Shown here: positions 53,395-63,730 of the stretch, one piece after another
Numbering within the stretch: the stretch's first letter is position 1
Layout of the letters: every line of letters starts with the position of its first letter
DNA from: an uncultured virus (IMG/VR IMGVR_UViG_2140918032_000035)
Taxonomy: Duplodnaviria; Heunggongvirae; Uroviricota; Caudoviricetes
IMG/VR virus record: IMGVR_UViG_2140918032_000035
Reading direction: 5' to 3' (one strand)
DNA length: 64,000 bases
The notes under the pieces: model-generated
The model's input: only the letters and a program-made list of their open reading frames with translations
What the model was told of the DNA's origin: nothing
The model's database searches: none
Position numbers and translations under genes: made by a program

Positions 53395-56259
53395 ATGAAA
53401 ACATCTTCAGACCTTCGTAAATCGGACTCCTGCCCTAATCATACTTCAGAAGCGGTTCGAGTATCCGATGCTATGATCCGTGCCCGTGCCGTAAGACGCA
53501 CTGCGATCGACGCGTATATGATGCACGACGACAACCTCGATGTTCGAGGAATGATACTGTCCCGCTTTACTGCAGCGGGATACCGCTTTGAGTCTCTTGA
53601 CCAAATGCTTATCAATATGAATCTGTACGAAGAACAGATTGATATGATGAGGCATTGGTTTGCGGAAAGAGAAGAAGCGGGCTGGACCTTTGAGCGTATT
53701 GCTTATGACGAGGAGACAACGGTTGACTTTTTCGGTACTCCGGTCAAGGCTCTGCCTGACTTCATCGCCAAGGCACCTGACGGCGATACTTATGCTCTCA
53801 GAGTAAAGGCTTCCAAGCATAAGAAACTCGTTGACGAGAACTCTCTTGAGGCTTACTGTCTTGCGTCTTATGCCAACAGCATCAAACAGGACGAACACGC
53901 TCATGCCGGAGCGTATATTCTCCATCTGTATTCAGAATCAGGCAATGCTGTGTTCAAGACAGCTGACATTTCTTACGAAGCAGCCAAGAGAGAAGCACAG
54001 TCCTATATGGATGCTCACCAGGATCTTACGACTACGCGTTGCTCCGGTGACGATTGCGGAATGTGCTCGATGAACTCCATCTGCAATTATGAGGAACCGC
54101 CTCTTGCCCAGGATACTTTAAGAGACATTACACCGTCCCAGAACATTCAGCTTTCTAACGAGCAGCAGGATGTCGTTAACTTTATGGAAGGCAAGGCCCG
54201 CGTCAATGCAGGACCGGGTGCAGGTAAGACCTTGGTAGTCGCTTTCCGCGTTAAGCATCTTCTTGAGGAGGGTGTCCCGGCACACAAGATCGCATTGCTC
54301 ACCTTTACGAATGCCGGTGCGGAAGAGATGACTACCCGTATCAAGCAGTATTGTGACGAGGCGGGTGTGCAGTTCAATCCTGAAGAAATGACCTGCGGTA
54401 CCTTCAACTCGTTCTGTATGGAACTTATCCAGGCCAATTACGGTCTTCTCGGATACTTTGAGCCTCCGAGACTTCTGGATGATTCTACTAAGTATGAGAT
54501 CTGCAACCGTATCCTGGCACAGTTCCCCCGCATCCGTGATTGGAAGTACAGCGGTTATGCCGATAACATCATCAGCAAGAGCTTTATGGCAAAGAACCAG
54601 GCTATCTCTTCGTTGATCGAAGCGTTCGCCAAGCTCAAGGCCGGTCAGGAACCGCAGGTGCCGTTTGGTACTCTGCCCCAGATCAAAGCGATGTTTGCAC
54701 GCTATCAGGACGAGCTGGAGCGTCAGCACTATATCGAGTTCGATGACCAGATCGTTCTTGTCAAGAAACTCGGTGAGCTGGATCCGGATTTCTATAACAA
54801 CCTCGGTTACCAGCATATCATCGTGGACGAGTTCCAGGACACTGATATTAAGCAGATAGAACTCCTGCAGAAAATGATCGGAGGGCCTGCTTTCAAGTCC
54901 TTTATGGCAGTAGGCGACGATTCGCAGTCCATTTACGGATTCCGTTTCACAACACCTGAGTACATGATCAACTTCCAGCGTTACTTTGGTGAGTTCACTG
55001 ACTTGAACCTCAACACCTGCCGCCGTTGTCCGCAGCCGATCGTTAACCTGGCTAACCGCATCAACGGTCTTCGTATCGCCCGTGCTACCGAGGCCCCTCT
55101 GGTAACGCCGAAGCAGTCTGATCTTGCTCCTGTCATCAAGGGCTTCTATACCCAGGAAGATGAGATCAAGTTTGTTTGCGACGGCATCGAGCAGGATCTC
55201 GCTAACGGTGTGAGATCTCACGAAATTGCGATCCTTACTCGTAACAAGGACGAGATCGAGAGGTTCGCTGCCGAACTTTCCAAGCGTGGTATTCCTGCTA
55301 CCATCTGTAATCCGGTACCGTATATCAATGACTCCAGAGTCGAAGCGATATGCGAGTTCTGGGAAGCGTGGCAGGGTGAAGGCACTGTCGGTATCGCAGC
55401 GTATGTCAATGCGATGGAACACGGCTCTCTGAAGAATGCCACTCCTGCCGAGATCGAAGATGTTATTCATAACTTTACCTTCCCTGAAGTCCGTGATTAT
55501 GCCGGCTTTATCGAGAAGGCAGAAGCGTTGGACAACATCGACGATGAGGGACAGTATGATGCCTGTTACCGTGACTTCCTCGACATCATCAAGAGGAACC
55601 GTAACTATGAGGAACTTCAGGCTTTCTTCCGCACCTTCAAGCTCTACGGTGCCCGTGATACCTTCCGTCGTGAAGGTAAGTATGAAGGTATCTGCCTTAC
55701 CACGGTACACTCCGCCAAGGGCCGTGAGTGGGATGTAACTTATCTTACTCTTTCTTCGTTCGATAAGGCTGCTTACCACAAGCACGAACTCGAATTCAGG
55801 AACGGCGGAGACTACGACGAAAACCTGCGTCTCTGGTTCGTAGGTGCTACCCGTGCCAAGGTGAAGCTCGTTATGACCGGTCTTTATCAGTTGGTGGTCG
55901 GCCGTAATCATGAGACTTTCCAGAATCAGTATGTCGAACAGGCGTACTCGTTACTGCAGAAGCCTTATGACTTCAATCCCCGTGTCGCTAACCAGATCGC
56001 TGAAGAGGCGAGGGCCGCTGCCGCAGCTGAGGCTGCTCACAACCGCAGTAGCAGATCTGCCGGCGACAGGACCAATCAGCGTGTCGTAAGAAGACGCAGG
56101 AACGCAACGACCAACCCTGAAGAAATGACTGATCTTGAAAACGCAAGACAGTATCCTCTGATGACACAAGAGGAACTTGAGGCCATCAACATGTCGGTAT
56201 TCGACCTGATTGATGAGACTCCCGAACCTAACGATAACCCGGCTCCTGCCAGACAGTAA
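53395..56259 (+). CDS. UvrD/PcrA-like SF1A helicase with N-terminal Cas4/AddB-like Cys-cluster domain
   Basis: AGPGAGKT, LTFTNAGA, DEFQD, GDDSQSIYGFR, TVHSAKGREW, VGATRAK; N-terminus SDSCP...PD...RVK...CGMCSMNSIC. Confidence 0.88.
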   Translation: MKTSSDLRKSDSCPNHTSEAVRVSDAMIRARAVRRTAIDAYMMHDDNLDVRGMILSRFTAAGYRFESLDQMLINMNLYEEQIDMMRHWFAEREEAGWTFERIAYDEETTVDFFGTPVKALPDFIAKAPDGDTYALRVKASKHKKLVDENSLEAYCLASYANSIKQDEHAHAGAYILHLYSESGNAVFKTADISYEAAKREAQSYMDAHQDLTTTRCSGDDCGMCSMNSICNYEEPPLAQDTLRDITPSQNIQLSNEQQDVVNFMEGKARVNAGPGAGKTLVVAFRVKHLLEEGVPAHKIALLTFTNAGAEEMTTRIKQYCDEAGVQFNPEEMTCGTFNSFCMELIQANYGLLGYFEPPRLLDDSTKYEICNRILAQFPRIRDWKYSGYADNIISKSFMAKNQAISSLIEAFAKLKAGQEPQVPFGTLPQIKAMFARYQDELERQHYIEFDDQIVLVKKLGELDPDFYNNLGYQHIIVDEFQDTDIKQIELLQKMIGGPAFKSFMAVGDDSQSIYGFRFTTPEYMINFQRYFGEFTDLNLNTCRRCPQPIVNLANRINGLRIARATEAPLVTPKQSDLAPVIKGFYTQEDEIKFVCDGIEQDLANGVRSHEIAILTRNKDEIERFAAELSKRGIPATICNPVPYINDSRVEAICEFWEAWQGEGTVGIAAYVNAMEHGSLKNATPAEIEDVIHNFTFPEVRDYAGFIEKAEALDNIDDEGQYDACYRDFLDIIKRNRNYEELQAFFRTFKLYGARDTFRREGKYEGICLTTVHSAKGREWDVTYLTLSSFDKAAYHKHELEFRNGGDYDENLRLWFVGATRAKVKLVMTGLYQLVVGRNHETFQNQYVEQAYSLLQKPYDFNPRVANQIAEEARAAAAAEAAHNRSSRSAGDRTNQRVVRRRRNATTNPEEMTDLENARQYPLMTQEELEAINMSVFDLIDETPEPNDNPAPARQ

Positions 56260-56337
56260 ACAATCAATTCCCGGGCAGGTAAGAAAGAACCAAATCCGAC
56301 TTATCTGTCCGGAGTTTAACCAAACGAGGTATTACTT

Positions 56338-59118
56338 ATGATCATCTTTAACACAAAAGCAAAGGACTCCAATTTTATGCTCAGAGGAGCAGACAGGCGT
56401 TTGTTTGACATCCACTCAACGGTCGAGCTGGAGACTTTGTACGAGCATCTCCTTGCCGGTACCGAGGAAGGTGAGATGGAGGTCGAGCAGTTCAATACTG
56501 CAGAGACTCCGTCCGTCTTTATCGGAACTTTTAATGACACCGGAACTAACACCATCTGGCGTTCACAGTCCCTCTACGGCAGACAGACAGAAGCCATTAC
56601 TTACGACAACCTGAAAGATGTCCGCCAGGCTTATCTGTCGCATCAGCCCGCCGAGGATATGGCCAGGATGTATTTCGGATTCGCAGCTGACAACAACTCG
56701 GCACGCGTGTTCGGTAACTTTGAACAGCGTGATGTTAACCGTGAGGAACTCATCAGACACATCGCCGATGCTCTTTGTATTCCGCCCGAACTTGCTCTGG
56801 ATACCGAGATGCCTACAAGGGACAAGATCGCGATCGGTCGTGACATGAACCGTTTGCGTTGGTTCTTTGCCGAGTCACCTCTCGATCCGGTCAAGATGGC
56901 CAGCACTCCGCCTATTGACCAGGTCAAGACATATCAGTCCTGGTCAGCTGCAGAGAAGCGTCTGATCACCAACGGTGTCCGTGCTCCTCAGGAGGTTCTT
57001 GCCCAGGCGTGTGCTTTCAAAGCACAGTTCCCTAACAAGATCCTGACACCGGATGCTCTTAACAACAAGGCATTCCAGACTACGATCAATGCCGAATTTG
57101 AACGCATGGCAAAAGAAGCGTTCGAGGCTTCTTCTTTCCGCAGAGCACCGAGAGTCCTTAACGAGTATCTCCGTGCCCAGGTCGCTGCCGGCGAGAACAA
57201 TATCGAGAATATCATAGCTAAGTTCAACCTCAAGTCTCTGGGTGCTGTTGCCCAGCTCGGATCGGAGGTTCTCTACGCTCTGGTACCGCACATCGACTTC
57301 TCCAAGGTCAAGGCTGATCAGATAGCGTTCCTGGCGACTCATATTACCGAAGTCCAGCTCCGCACTCTTGTCACAAGAGGATTCGGCGAGTGGTACGACA
57401 AGCATCGTGGCGATCGTACAGAGGATCTTGCAGAGCTTCTTTCCACTTTGACCGTTCATCAGCTCGGCACCACTGTCTGGGATCCGAACAAGTCTGCACG
57501 AGAGATCCTTACTGCTACTACGATGGGCAGATTCATCGACGAAGCACGCAGTTTTGAGCAGGCTTATCACTATCGCTTCTCAGATAACTGCATTGCTATC
57601 CGCGGTAAGGAGATCTGTGTCACTTCAGGTCCTCTGAAGATGTATATGCTCAGCGCAGATGATTACCGCAACTTCGCCGTCGGTGACTGGACACAGTGCT
57701 GTCAGCATTGGGGCGGAGCAGGTGAGTCCTGCTGCTGGAAGTACACTTCCGATCCGTTTGCGGCCTGTGTTGTCATCGAGAAGAACGGCAAAGTCGTAGG
57801 TCAGGCTTTCGTCTTTACCGATGAGATCAAGGATACTTTCGTATTCGATAATATGGAGTTTGCAAACGACAGCGATGTTGCCAACTTCAAGAACATCATT
57901 TCTACTTATGTTGAGGCACTACCTTACAGCAATGTCCATCTCGGAGCCGGATACACGGTTGCCGAACTGCTTTCCATGGGTAAGTCCATATCCCAGGCAA
58001 AGGCGACGATGGCAGGTATGCCTACCACCACGGGCAGCTTAAAGGAACAGCAGCCAAGTGTGTATCACAGTCACAATGGATACGCCGCACAGATGATCGA
58101 CTCGCATCCGGAAAACTATCCTGCCAGATGCGATGTTTACTCGGACTATCATCCTAACGCACGCGTCTTCAAGAAGGACGGGGCGATGTATCTGACCAAG
58201 GGTACAGGCGTGGTTACTTATGGTGAAGTGGAGCCTACCCCGTGGGACGCTCTCCGTGATTCTCCTGCCAAGTTCGTTTTGAACGACTACGACATCCCCG
58301 CCGCGGAGCGTCAGGCGATGGCTTCGATGAGTTTGGACGAAGTACAGTCTATTGCACAGTCCGCTCACCTCAGAGCTCACTTCTTGAGAGATCCTTCTAT
58401 CGCAAGAGGTCTCCCTGCGGTACCTGAAGAATGGCAGCGTGCTCTGCTCAGACAGCAGGTTAATCCCCGCTTATTGGGCGACATCAAGAACCCAATCCCG
58501 GAAGTCCGTGACCGCATTATCGAATGGGAGCCTGAACGCGTTGTCGATTGGGAAGATGCTACTCCTGCTCAGTGGGAAGCAGCAATCAGACAGAAGCCTG
58601 CTTTGATCTCTCAGTACCCCGGAGAGCTTACCCAGGAACTCGCTATGGCGGCGTTCCATACGGGCGGAGTTGACGCTCTGGCGTACATCCCGGCAAGGCT
58701 TATTCCGACGGAAGAGTTGTCCGGCATCATCACGATGTCACCTCGTACAATCCTCTCCCTTGAGGATCCTGCAGACGAGCTCGTACAGATCGCAGTATCC
58801 CGTGAACCGTATCTCATCGGTAACCTTCCTGTTGTCTCTGACATAGTCGGTGCTACTGCCTGTCATGTGCTTCCGTCAGCTGTTCTGCTCTGGCCTGAGG
58901 CACCTTCGGACATCATCCAGGGCTGTATCGAGCGTGAGCCTTTCCTTATCAGGAACTACGCTCACACCTACCCCGAGTTCCGTGAGGTTGCCATCCGTTC
59001 CAACCCCGATGCCATCTGGTCGATACCGGGTGCAACCGATGAAGAGAAGGCTCTTGCACAGCAGCTCAAGGCCGAGAGAGCGAACCCTGAAGCAGCGGTG
59101 GCTCATAATGTCGGATAA
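56338..59118 (+). CDS. Large multidomain protein: PcfJ/GNAT-like CCQ domain plus C-terminal DUF4116-like helical repeats
   Basis: GDWTQCCQHWGGAGESC...PFAACVV...GQAFVF...FDNMEF; repeats of A(I/V)..(E/N)P.(L/A)I. Confidence 0.6.
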   Translation: MIIFNTKAKDSNFMLRGADRRLFDIHSTVELETLYEHLLAGTEEGEMEVEQFNTAETPSVFIGTFNDTGTNTIWRSQSLYGRQTEAITYDNLKDVRQAYLSHQPAEDMARMYFGFAADNNSARVFGNFEQRDVNREELIRHIADALCIPPELALDTEMPTRDKIAIGRDMNRLRWFFAESPLDPVKMASTPPIDQVKTYQSWSAAEKRLITNGVRAPQEVLAQACAFKAQFPNKILTPDALNNKAFQTTINAEFERMAKEAFEASSFRRAPRVLNEYLRAQVAAGENNIENIIAKFNLKSLGAVAQLGSEVLYALVPHIDFSKVKADQIAFLATHITEVQLRTLVTRGFGEWYDKHRGDRTEDLAELLSTLTVHQLGTTVWDPNKSAREILTATTMGRFIDEARSFEQAYHYRFSDNCIAIRGKEICVTSGPLKMYMLSADDYRNFAVGDWTQCCQHWGGAGESCCWKYTSDPFAACVVIEKNGKVVGQAFVFTDEIKDTFVFDNMEFANDSDVANFKNIISTYVEALPYSNVHLGAGYTVAELLSMGKSISQAKATMAGMPTTTGSLKEQQPSVYHSHNGYAAQMIDSHPENYPARCDVYSDYHPNARVFKKDGAMYLTKGTGVVTYGEVEPTPWDALRDSPAKFVLNDYDIPAAERQAMASMSLDEVQSIAQSAHLRAHFLRDPSIARGLPAVPEEWQRALLRQQVNPRLLGDIKNPIPEVRDRIIEWEPERVVDWEDATPAQWEAAIRQKPALISQYPGELTQELAMAAFHTGGVDALAYIPARLIPTEELSGIITMSPRTILSLEDPADELVQIAVSREPYLIGNLPVVSDIVGATACHVLPSAVLLWPEAPSDIIQGCIEREPFLIRNYAHTYPEFREVAIRSNPDAIWSIPGATDEEKALAQQLKAERANPEAAVAHNVG

Positions 59119-59207
59119 GGCATTGATACGCCGTTTTGACGGGTTTTTCGGAACAGGTTATAATTATGTTGAACGACTGTGGTAAATAAGAAGAAATCAC
59201 AGTTTTA

Positions 59208-59245
59208 GCCCCTGGGGGCCGATACCTCCGGGGGCAATAATTTTT
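59208..59245 (+). terminator. Putative terminator hairpin
   Basis: GCCCCTGGGGG-CCGATA-CCTCCGGGGGC followed by A/T run. Confidence 0.5.
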
Positions 59246-59285
59246 GTTTAGGGCTCTGTGAAAAGGGCCCGGAAAGGATTTTGTT

Positions 59286-59492
59286 ATGGGTTTTGAAAAG
59301 AAGATTGCACTCGTTCGTGCACTGAGAAAGATCGGTGTTAATTCCGCCAAGGATCTCAATGATCTCGTGTCGGATTCCCGCAAACTGCTTGCATCCGGCA
59401 TGTCCATTACCGACATGAACGCGGTGCTCGATCTCGCTACTCTCGTGGGCAAGAGCAACGCTCTTTTTGATTGGCTCGCAAAGGGTGACTAA
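59286..59492 (+). CDS. Small hypothetical protein
   Basis: SD AAAGGA. Confidence 0.6.
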   Translation: MGFEKKIALVRALRKIGVNSAKDLNDLVSDSRKLLASGMSITDMNAVLDLATLVGKSNALFDWLAKGD

Positions 59493-59526
59493 TCTTACTG
59501 AGGAAACGCTTTAAGGAGGTGTCAGT

Positions 59527-60657
59527 ATGGCATTTGAGGCTTCAGAACTGCACAGCTTACCATTATTGGATTATCTTGACGCATTAGGTTATTCGTACCG
59601 TCAGTCGGGTTCCGACACCTATACTGATGTCGAGGCTCCCGACGGTCACCTGATGTCGTCTTTCGTCTATACCAAGTCAAAGAATGTCTGGTGTTACAAT
59701 GCCGGAGGTCTGTCCGGTTACGGTGCCTGGGACTACATCAGAAAGATCGAAGGTGTGAGTCTCAGCGGTGATATTCAGGCTCGTCTTGAGCAGGTCATGG
59801 GTATCAACGACGAGGAGCGTGCAGCCAAGATCGAGGCTCGTATTCAGGAGCGTACCGAGAGGAACGCTTTGGTTCAGGTCCAGACTAACGATGACGGAAG
59901 ATTCCACTTACCGCCCGCTTCTCCGACTATCAACCAGCTGAAGAACGGCCTCTGCGGAAGACGCTGCATCGACAAGGATGTGCTTCAGTATTTCGTCGAT
60001 CGAGAGCTGCTCTACGAGTCTAACGAACCGTTCACCAGACAGAGTGACGGTGCGGTCGTTTACTTCCATAACGCAGTGTTCGTCGCAAGAGACGAGTTCG
60101 GCGAAGCAAAGGCAGCGACCTGCAAGTATCTCACTCCTGTTGTTGACCAGAATACGGGTAAGGAACGCTTCCCTGCAAAGGATGTTCCGCACTCGGATCA
60201 CAAACATTATCTCCCTTCTTACTTCTCCGGCAGGTCCGACCTGATCGTCGTGTTTGAGTCCGTCGTTGACGCTCTCTCATACCTGACTATGCAGAAGATG
60301 AAGGGCAGAACTTGGAACGCATTTTCGTTCATCTCGCTTGAGGGCGCAGCAGGTAAGTACACCGTTGTACCTCACGCTCTGAGAGTTGCTCTTGACTCTC
60401 ATCCGGACATAACGCACATCGTTCTTGCCCTGGATAATGATGAGACGGGAATGTCTGCTATGGATTCTTTGGAAGAGTTACTGAAGACCAGATATAAGGT
60501 CACCAAGTATGCTCCTCCGAAGACACCGAGGAAGTACACAAAAGGAAAAGATGAATACTGCAAGGACTGGGGCGATCTCTGCATCGAACGCGTCCGTGCC
60601 CAGAAGGCGGCAGCATTCATGTCCCAGGTTGAAGGTAAAACAGGACCGGGGACATAA
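59527..60657 (+). CDS. DUF3991/TOPRIM primase-like protein
   Basis: LLDYL, R.ID..VL..F....LLYE, NAVFV, VFESVVDALSY, LALDNDETG, KDWGD. Confidence 0.82.
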   Translation: MAFEASELHSLPLLDYLDALGYSYRQSGSDTYTDVEAPDGHLMSSFVYTKSKNVWCYNAGGLSGYGAWDYIRKIEGVSLSGDIQARLEQVMGINDEERAAKIEARIQERTERNALVQVQTNDDGRFHLPPASPTINQLKNGLCGRRCIDKDVLQYFVDRELLYESNEPFTRQSDGAVVYFHNAVFVARDEFGEAKAATCKYLTPVVDQNTGKERFPAKDVPHSDHKHYLPSYFSGRSDLIVVFESVVDALSYLTMQKMKGRTWNAFSFISLEGAAGKYTVVPHALRVALDSHPDITHIVLALDNDETGMSAMDSLEELLKTRYKVTKYAPPKTPRKYTKGKDEYCKDWGDLCIERVRAQKAAAFMSQVEGKTGPGT

Positions 60658-60674
60658 CGAAAGGAGCTTGTTTA

Positions 60675-61517
60675 ATGAATTACTTTTTCCTCGAATACTT
60701 TAGAGCTTTGACGGGTACAACCCCCAAGACTCTGATGACCAAAATGGGCCAGGATCCTGAAAGAGCAGGACACGCCTATACCGATATGATGAGGGCTTAT
60801 CCCGAGACTACACCCGAGAAGGCCAAGGCTTTTGCCGAGGCTCTCGGTATCTCGGAGGCGTGGCTCACTCACGCTCCGGTCGTCTTCTCGAAGAGTGACC
60901 TGGACAATTACCTCGCCATCTATCTCAAGCGAGAGACAGTGCCTCTCATCAGACCGACTGACAAAGGTAATCAGTACGAGATCGTATCGATGCCATTGGC
61001 TATGGAACTGAGCGAGATCGCAGAAAAGAGGGCTCACAGCACACCTTCAGAATGGGCTGCCTACCTCTTACACGCAGCCAAGGTCGATCCAGAATACCAG
61101 GCTGCACCGCTGAGATCCGTACTTGATTACGCAATACTGAACTACGACAGTATCCCTGCGTTTGCCAAGGCTTTTGTCAGCCAGGCACCGGACTTGAAAC
61201 CGTCCCAGACAGATGCCATCACGGCCAAGCTGGTCATGGCTCAGTCCTTGCCGACAATGAAGTTCGACAAGAAGCTCATGAGAGCGTTTGCCGACTTCTC
61301 CAATAAGACTTATGACCAGGTCGCGTGCGACTTCCGTATCTCATCAATAGAGTCCGTCGTCAACCTGTTCCTCGTCGTTGCCGTGCTGATCTCCGATTGG
61401 ACAATCTCCGAAAACGACAAGGGCTCGACTATCCTGACACTGACCGATCCGAGATACTTGCCGAGCGAGGTGCCGTCCATCAGCGATCTGGTTCCGGGAC
61501 TTGATCCGACCATATAA
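60675..61517 (+). CDS. Hypothetical protein, paralog of 39658
   Basis: AEALGISEAWLTHAPVVFSK. Confidence 0.75.
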   Translation: MNYFFLEYFRALTGTTPKTLMTKMGQDPERAGHAYTDMMRAYPETTPEKAKAFAEALGISEAWLTHAPVVFSKSDLDNYLAIYLKRETVPLIRPTDKGNQYEIVSMPLAMELSEIAEKRAHSTPSEWAAYLLHAAKVDPEYQAAPLRSVLDYAILNYDSIPAFAKAFVSQAPDLKPSQTDAITAKLVMAQSLPTMKFDKKLMRAFADFSNKTYDQVACDFRISSIESVVNLFLVVAVLISDWTISENDKGSTILTLTDPRYLPSEVPSISDLVPGLDPTI

Positions 61518-61550
61518 GACTAAGACTAAGTCCTCGGTCACGCAGACGGA

Positions 61551-61644
61551 AGTGAGTGTGCGGCGGCGCTATGTGGCGCTATCGCGAGGGACTGTCAGAC
61601 TCGGTTTGACAATCTGCGATTGAGACACTTAAACCAGCATACTG
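61551..61644 (+). repeat. 94-bp structured repeat, copy 2
   Basis: 87/94 identical to 33553-33646. Confidence 0.9.
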
Positions 61645-61704
61645 TAAAATGTAACGCTGTACGCAAAAACTCACACTTTATGCACTAATTAGGAGGGCTG
61701 CATT

Positions 61705-61974
61705 ATGGTTGCTAATGAGATTACAAATCCTACCAGACTCAAGGTAGCATATCTGTCTTCGGAAAACGCCGAAGTGCGTTGCAACATTATCAATAATCCC
61801 AACTGCCCTGCTTCCGTCGTAGAGCTCGCTGCTCTCGACGATGCACCGGCGGTCAGAATCGCCGCGATAAGAAGCGGTAAGTTAAAGGCAGAGTCCATTG
61901 CCAAGTTAAGCGAGGACTTTGATCCCGATGTTGCCAACGAGGCAGTTTCACTACTCTGTTGTCTTGGCAGGTAG
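61705..61974 (+). CDS. Small HEAT/LRV-repeat protein (ends LGR)
   Basis: EVRCNIINNPNCP..VVELAALDD.PAVR repeats; SD AGGAGG. Confidence 0.7.
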   Translation: MVANEITNPTRLKVAYLSSENAEVRCNIINNPNCPASVVELAALDDAPAVRIAAIRSGKLKAESIAKLSEDFDPDVANEAVSLLCCLGR

Positions 61975-61982
61975 AAAGAGGA

Positions 61983-62357
61983 ATGACAATGCCAGAAAAG
62001 AAAAGATATGGCAAGATCAGAATAAGAGAATGCGACATCGCATACCGTTTCAGCAGGAACGGAGAACCGCCCAAGTCGGTACTCATTCACATGCCTGACA
62101 CGGGGCACTACAATCGCTGTGCCTTTTGGCATCCTGCGAGTCTGTTGTTTCCCGGCACGGTACCCGATACATTCTTACTATCGTATGACGCTGAATCGTG
62201 GGAGTTTATCATAACTTCCGAAGACAAGAACGATGAAGGCCGTCATGACAAAGTGGCTTCAATCGGTCCACGCGATATGGAAGCGGAGTGGGCTGCGATC
62301 GACTCCGAGATCCGTCGCCAGGAGCGACTGATAAGGAAAGGACAAAAGGTGTCCTGA
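61983..62357 (+). CDS. Hypothetical protein
   Basis: KSVLIHMP....FWHPASL motif. Confidence 0.65.
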   Translation: MTMPEKKRYGKIRIRECDIAYRFSRNGEPPKSVLIHMPDTGHYNRCAFWHPASLLFPGTVPDTFLLSYDAESWEFIITSEDKNDEGRHDKVASIGPRDMEAEWAAIDSEIRRQERLIRKGQKVS

Positions 62358-62512
62358 GCGTGTTTATTTTTCCAGAAAGGTGAATAGACTAATGGACAAT
62401 CAGTTACGGGTGTGGAAAGACACTTGACCAACACGAGCGAGGGGAAGGATGCGAAATGTGTTCTTCCTATCTGCTCGGGAAAATCTATCCTAAAGAATTG
62501 GAGAAAGTTTGT

Positions 62513-63277
62513 ATGAAAACCAAGAAAGTTATTGCAGTTTTACTGTCTCTCGGAATGCTGTTCTCACTTGCAGCATGTACTGTCCGAGAAAAGAAGTCCG
62601 AGCCGGTCGAATCGAATCCGAGCGAGACTTCATCCCGTGCAGCTGACAACCGATATGCTTCGTATGACATCGGTGAAACGGGACGAGACGGAAGTATTGA
62701 GATGTGTGTCGATGCCGTCGAGCTTGTCACTTGGGAACAGGTCGATTGGTCGGGTGTCGTTTACGATACTCACAATCTCATCAAAGCACATGTGTCGATC
62801 ACCAATCTCGGTGACGAAGACTTGACCTTCAAGCCTTCAGACATCCGATGTTATATCGACAACGAAGAGCTGATGGTTACCCGTACTACTCAGGCTTATG
62901 ATACAGTCGGTATCGGAGGCGACCTGATCGAGAATGCCACCATTCACAGCGGCCGTTCTGAAACAGGCTGGATCCTCTATGAGTATTACCGTGATTGGAA
63001 CGAGTTTGAACTTCAGTACCTCGACACTTCATTGGACTTCACGATGAACTTCAATAAGAACGATGTCCAGGAAGTTCAGAGCTTGATCGACATACCTGAA
63101 GGTTCGGGTACGGATGTAAGCACCGCTACTCCTACCGAGTCCGGTACCACTGCTGAGACATCGGCATCCGGAGGCGGTCTCACAATACCCGTTACTACTG
63201 CAGAAACTACTGCTGCCACAGAAGGCGGCACTACACAATCTTCCGGCGGAGGTCTTACGATCCCACCTGTCGGATAA
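62513..63277 (+). CDS. Lipoprotein with DUF4352-like Ig-fold domain and Thr-rich tail
   Basis: Lipobox LAAC; YDIGETG...VSITNLGDE...IHSGRSETGWILYE; duplicated SGGGLTIP. Confidence 0.78.
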   Translation: MKTKKVIAVLLSLGMLFSLAACTVREKKSEPVESNPSETSSRAADNRYASYDIGETGRDGSIEMCVDAVELVTWEQVDWSGVVYDTHNLIKAHVSITNLGDEDLTFKPSDIRCYIDNEELMVTRTTQAYDTVGIGGDLIENATIHSGRSETGWILYEYYRDWNEFELQYLDTSLDFTMNFNKNDVQEVQSLIDIPEGSGTDVSTATPTESGTTAETSASGGGLTIPVTTAETTAATEGGTTQSSGGGLTIPPVG

Positions 63278-63298
63278 GGAACTTTAAGGAGGCCGGAC

Positions 63299-63691
63299 AT
63301 GAGAGATTTTAAGATGCCTGATCTTGACAAGGTCATCGACAGACCTAAGGGTGAGGTAAGAAGCAAGACCGAAGCAGAATATGAGCAGGCTGCGACAGAA
63401 TTGTTCCGCACAGTCAAGTACATGTTCCCGGGCGAGACCAGATGGTTCGGTACAGACACTCCCGGTGTTAAAGCCGTCGGTGTCAGGAACGACAAGGACA
63501 GTCCCGTGCTTCTGATGAAACTCACCCGTTTCAATCCTGACGGCGGAGAAATGAGATACCGCCTCGGATCACTGAACGATTTGAGAAAATTGGACCAGCT
63601 TAGCGAGATCCGTTGGTTCGTAAATAATTGGCGTTCTCTGATGCCCAATCTTGAGCAGCAGGTTCAGCCGATTCCCGGAAGAAACTTTTAA
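63299..63691 (+). CDS. Hypothetical protein (ends PGRNF)
   Basis: SD AAGGAGG. Confidence 0.72.
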   Translation: MRDFKMPDLDKVIDRPKGEVRSKTEAEYEQAATELFRTVKYMFPGETRWFGTDTPGVKAVGVRNDKDSPVLLMKLTRFNPDGGEMRYRLGSLNDLRKLDQLSEIRWFVNNWRSLMPNLEQQVQPIPGRNF

Positions 63692-63730
63692 TCCCGAGGA
63701 AACACTTTTTCACTTTAACGGAGGAAACTT

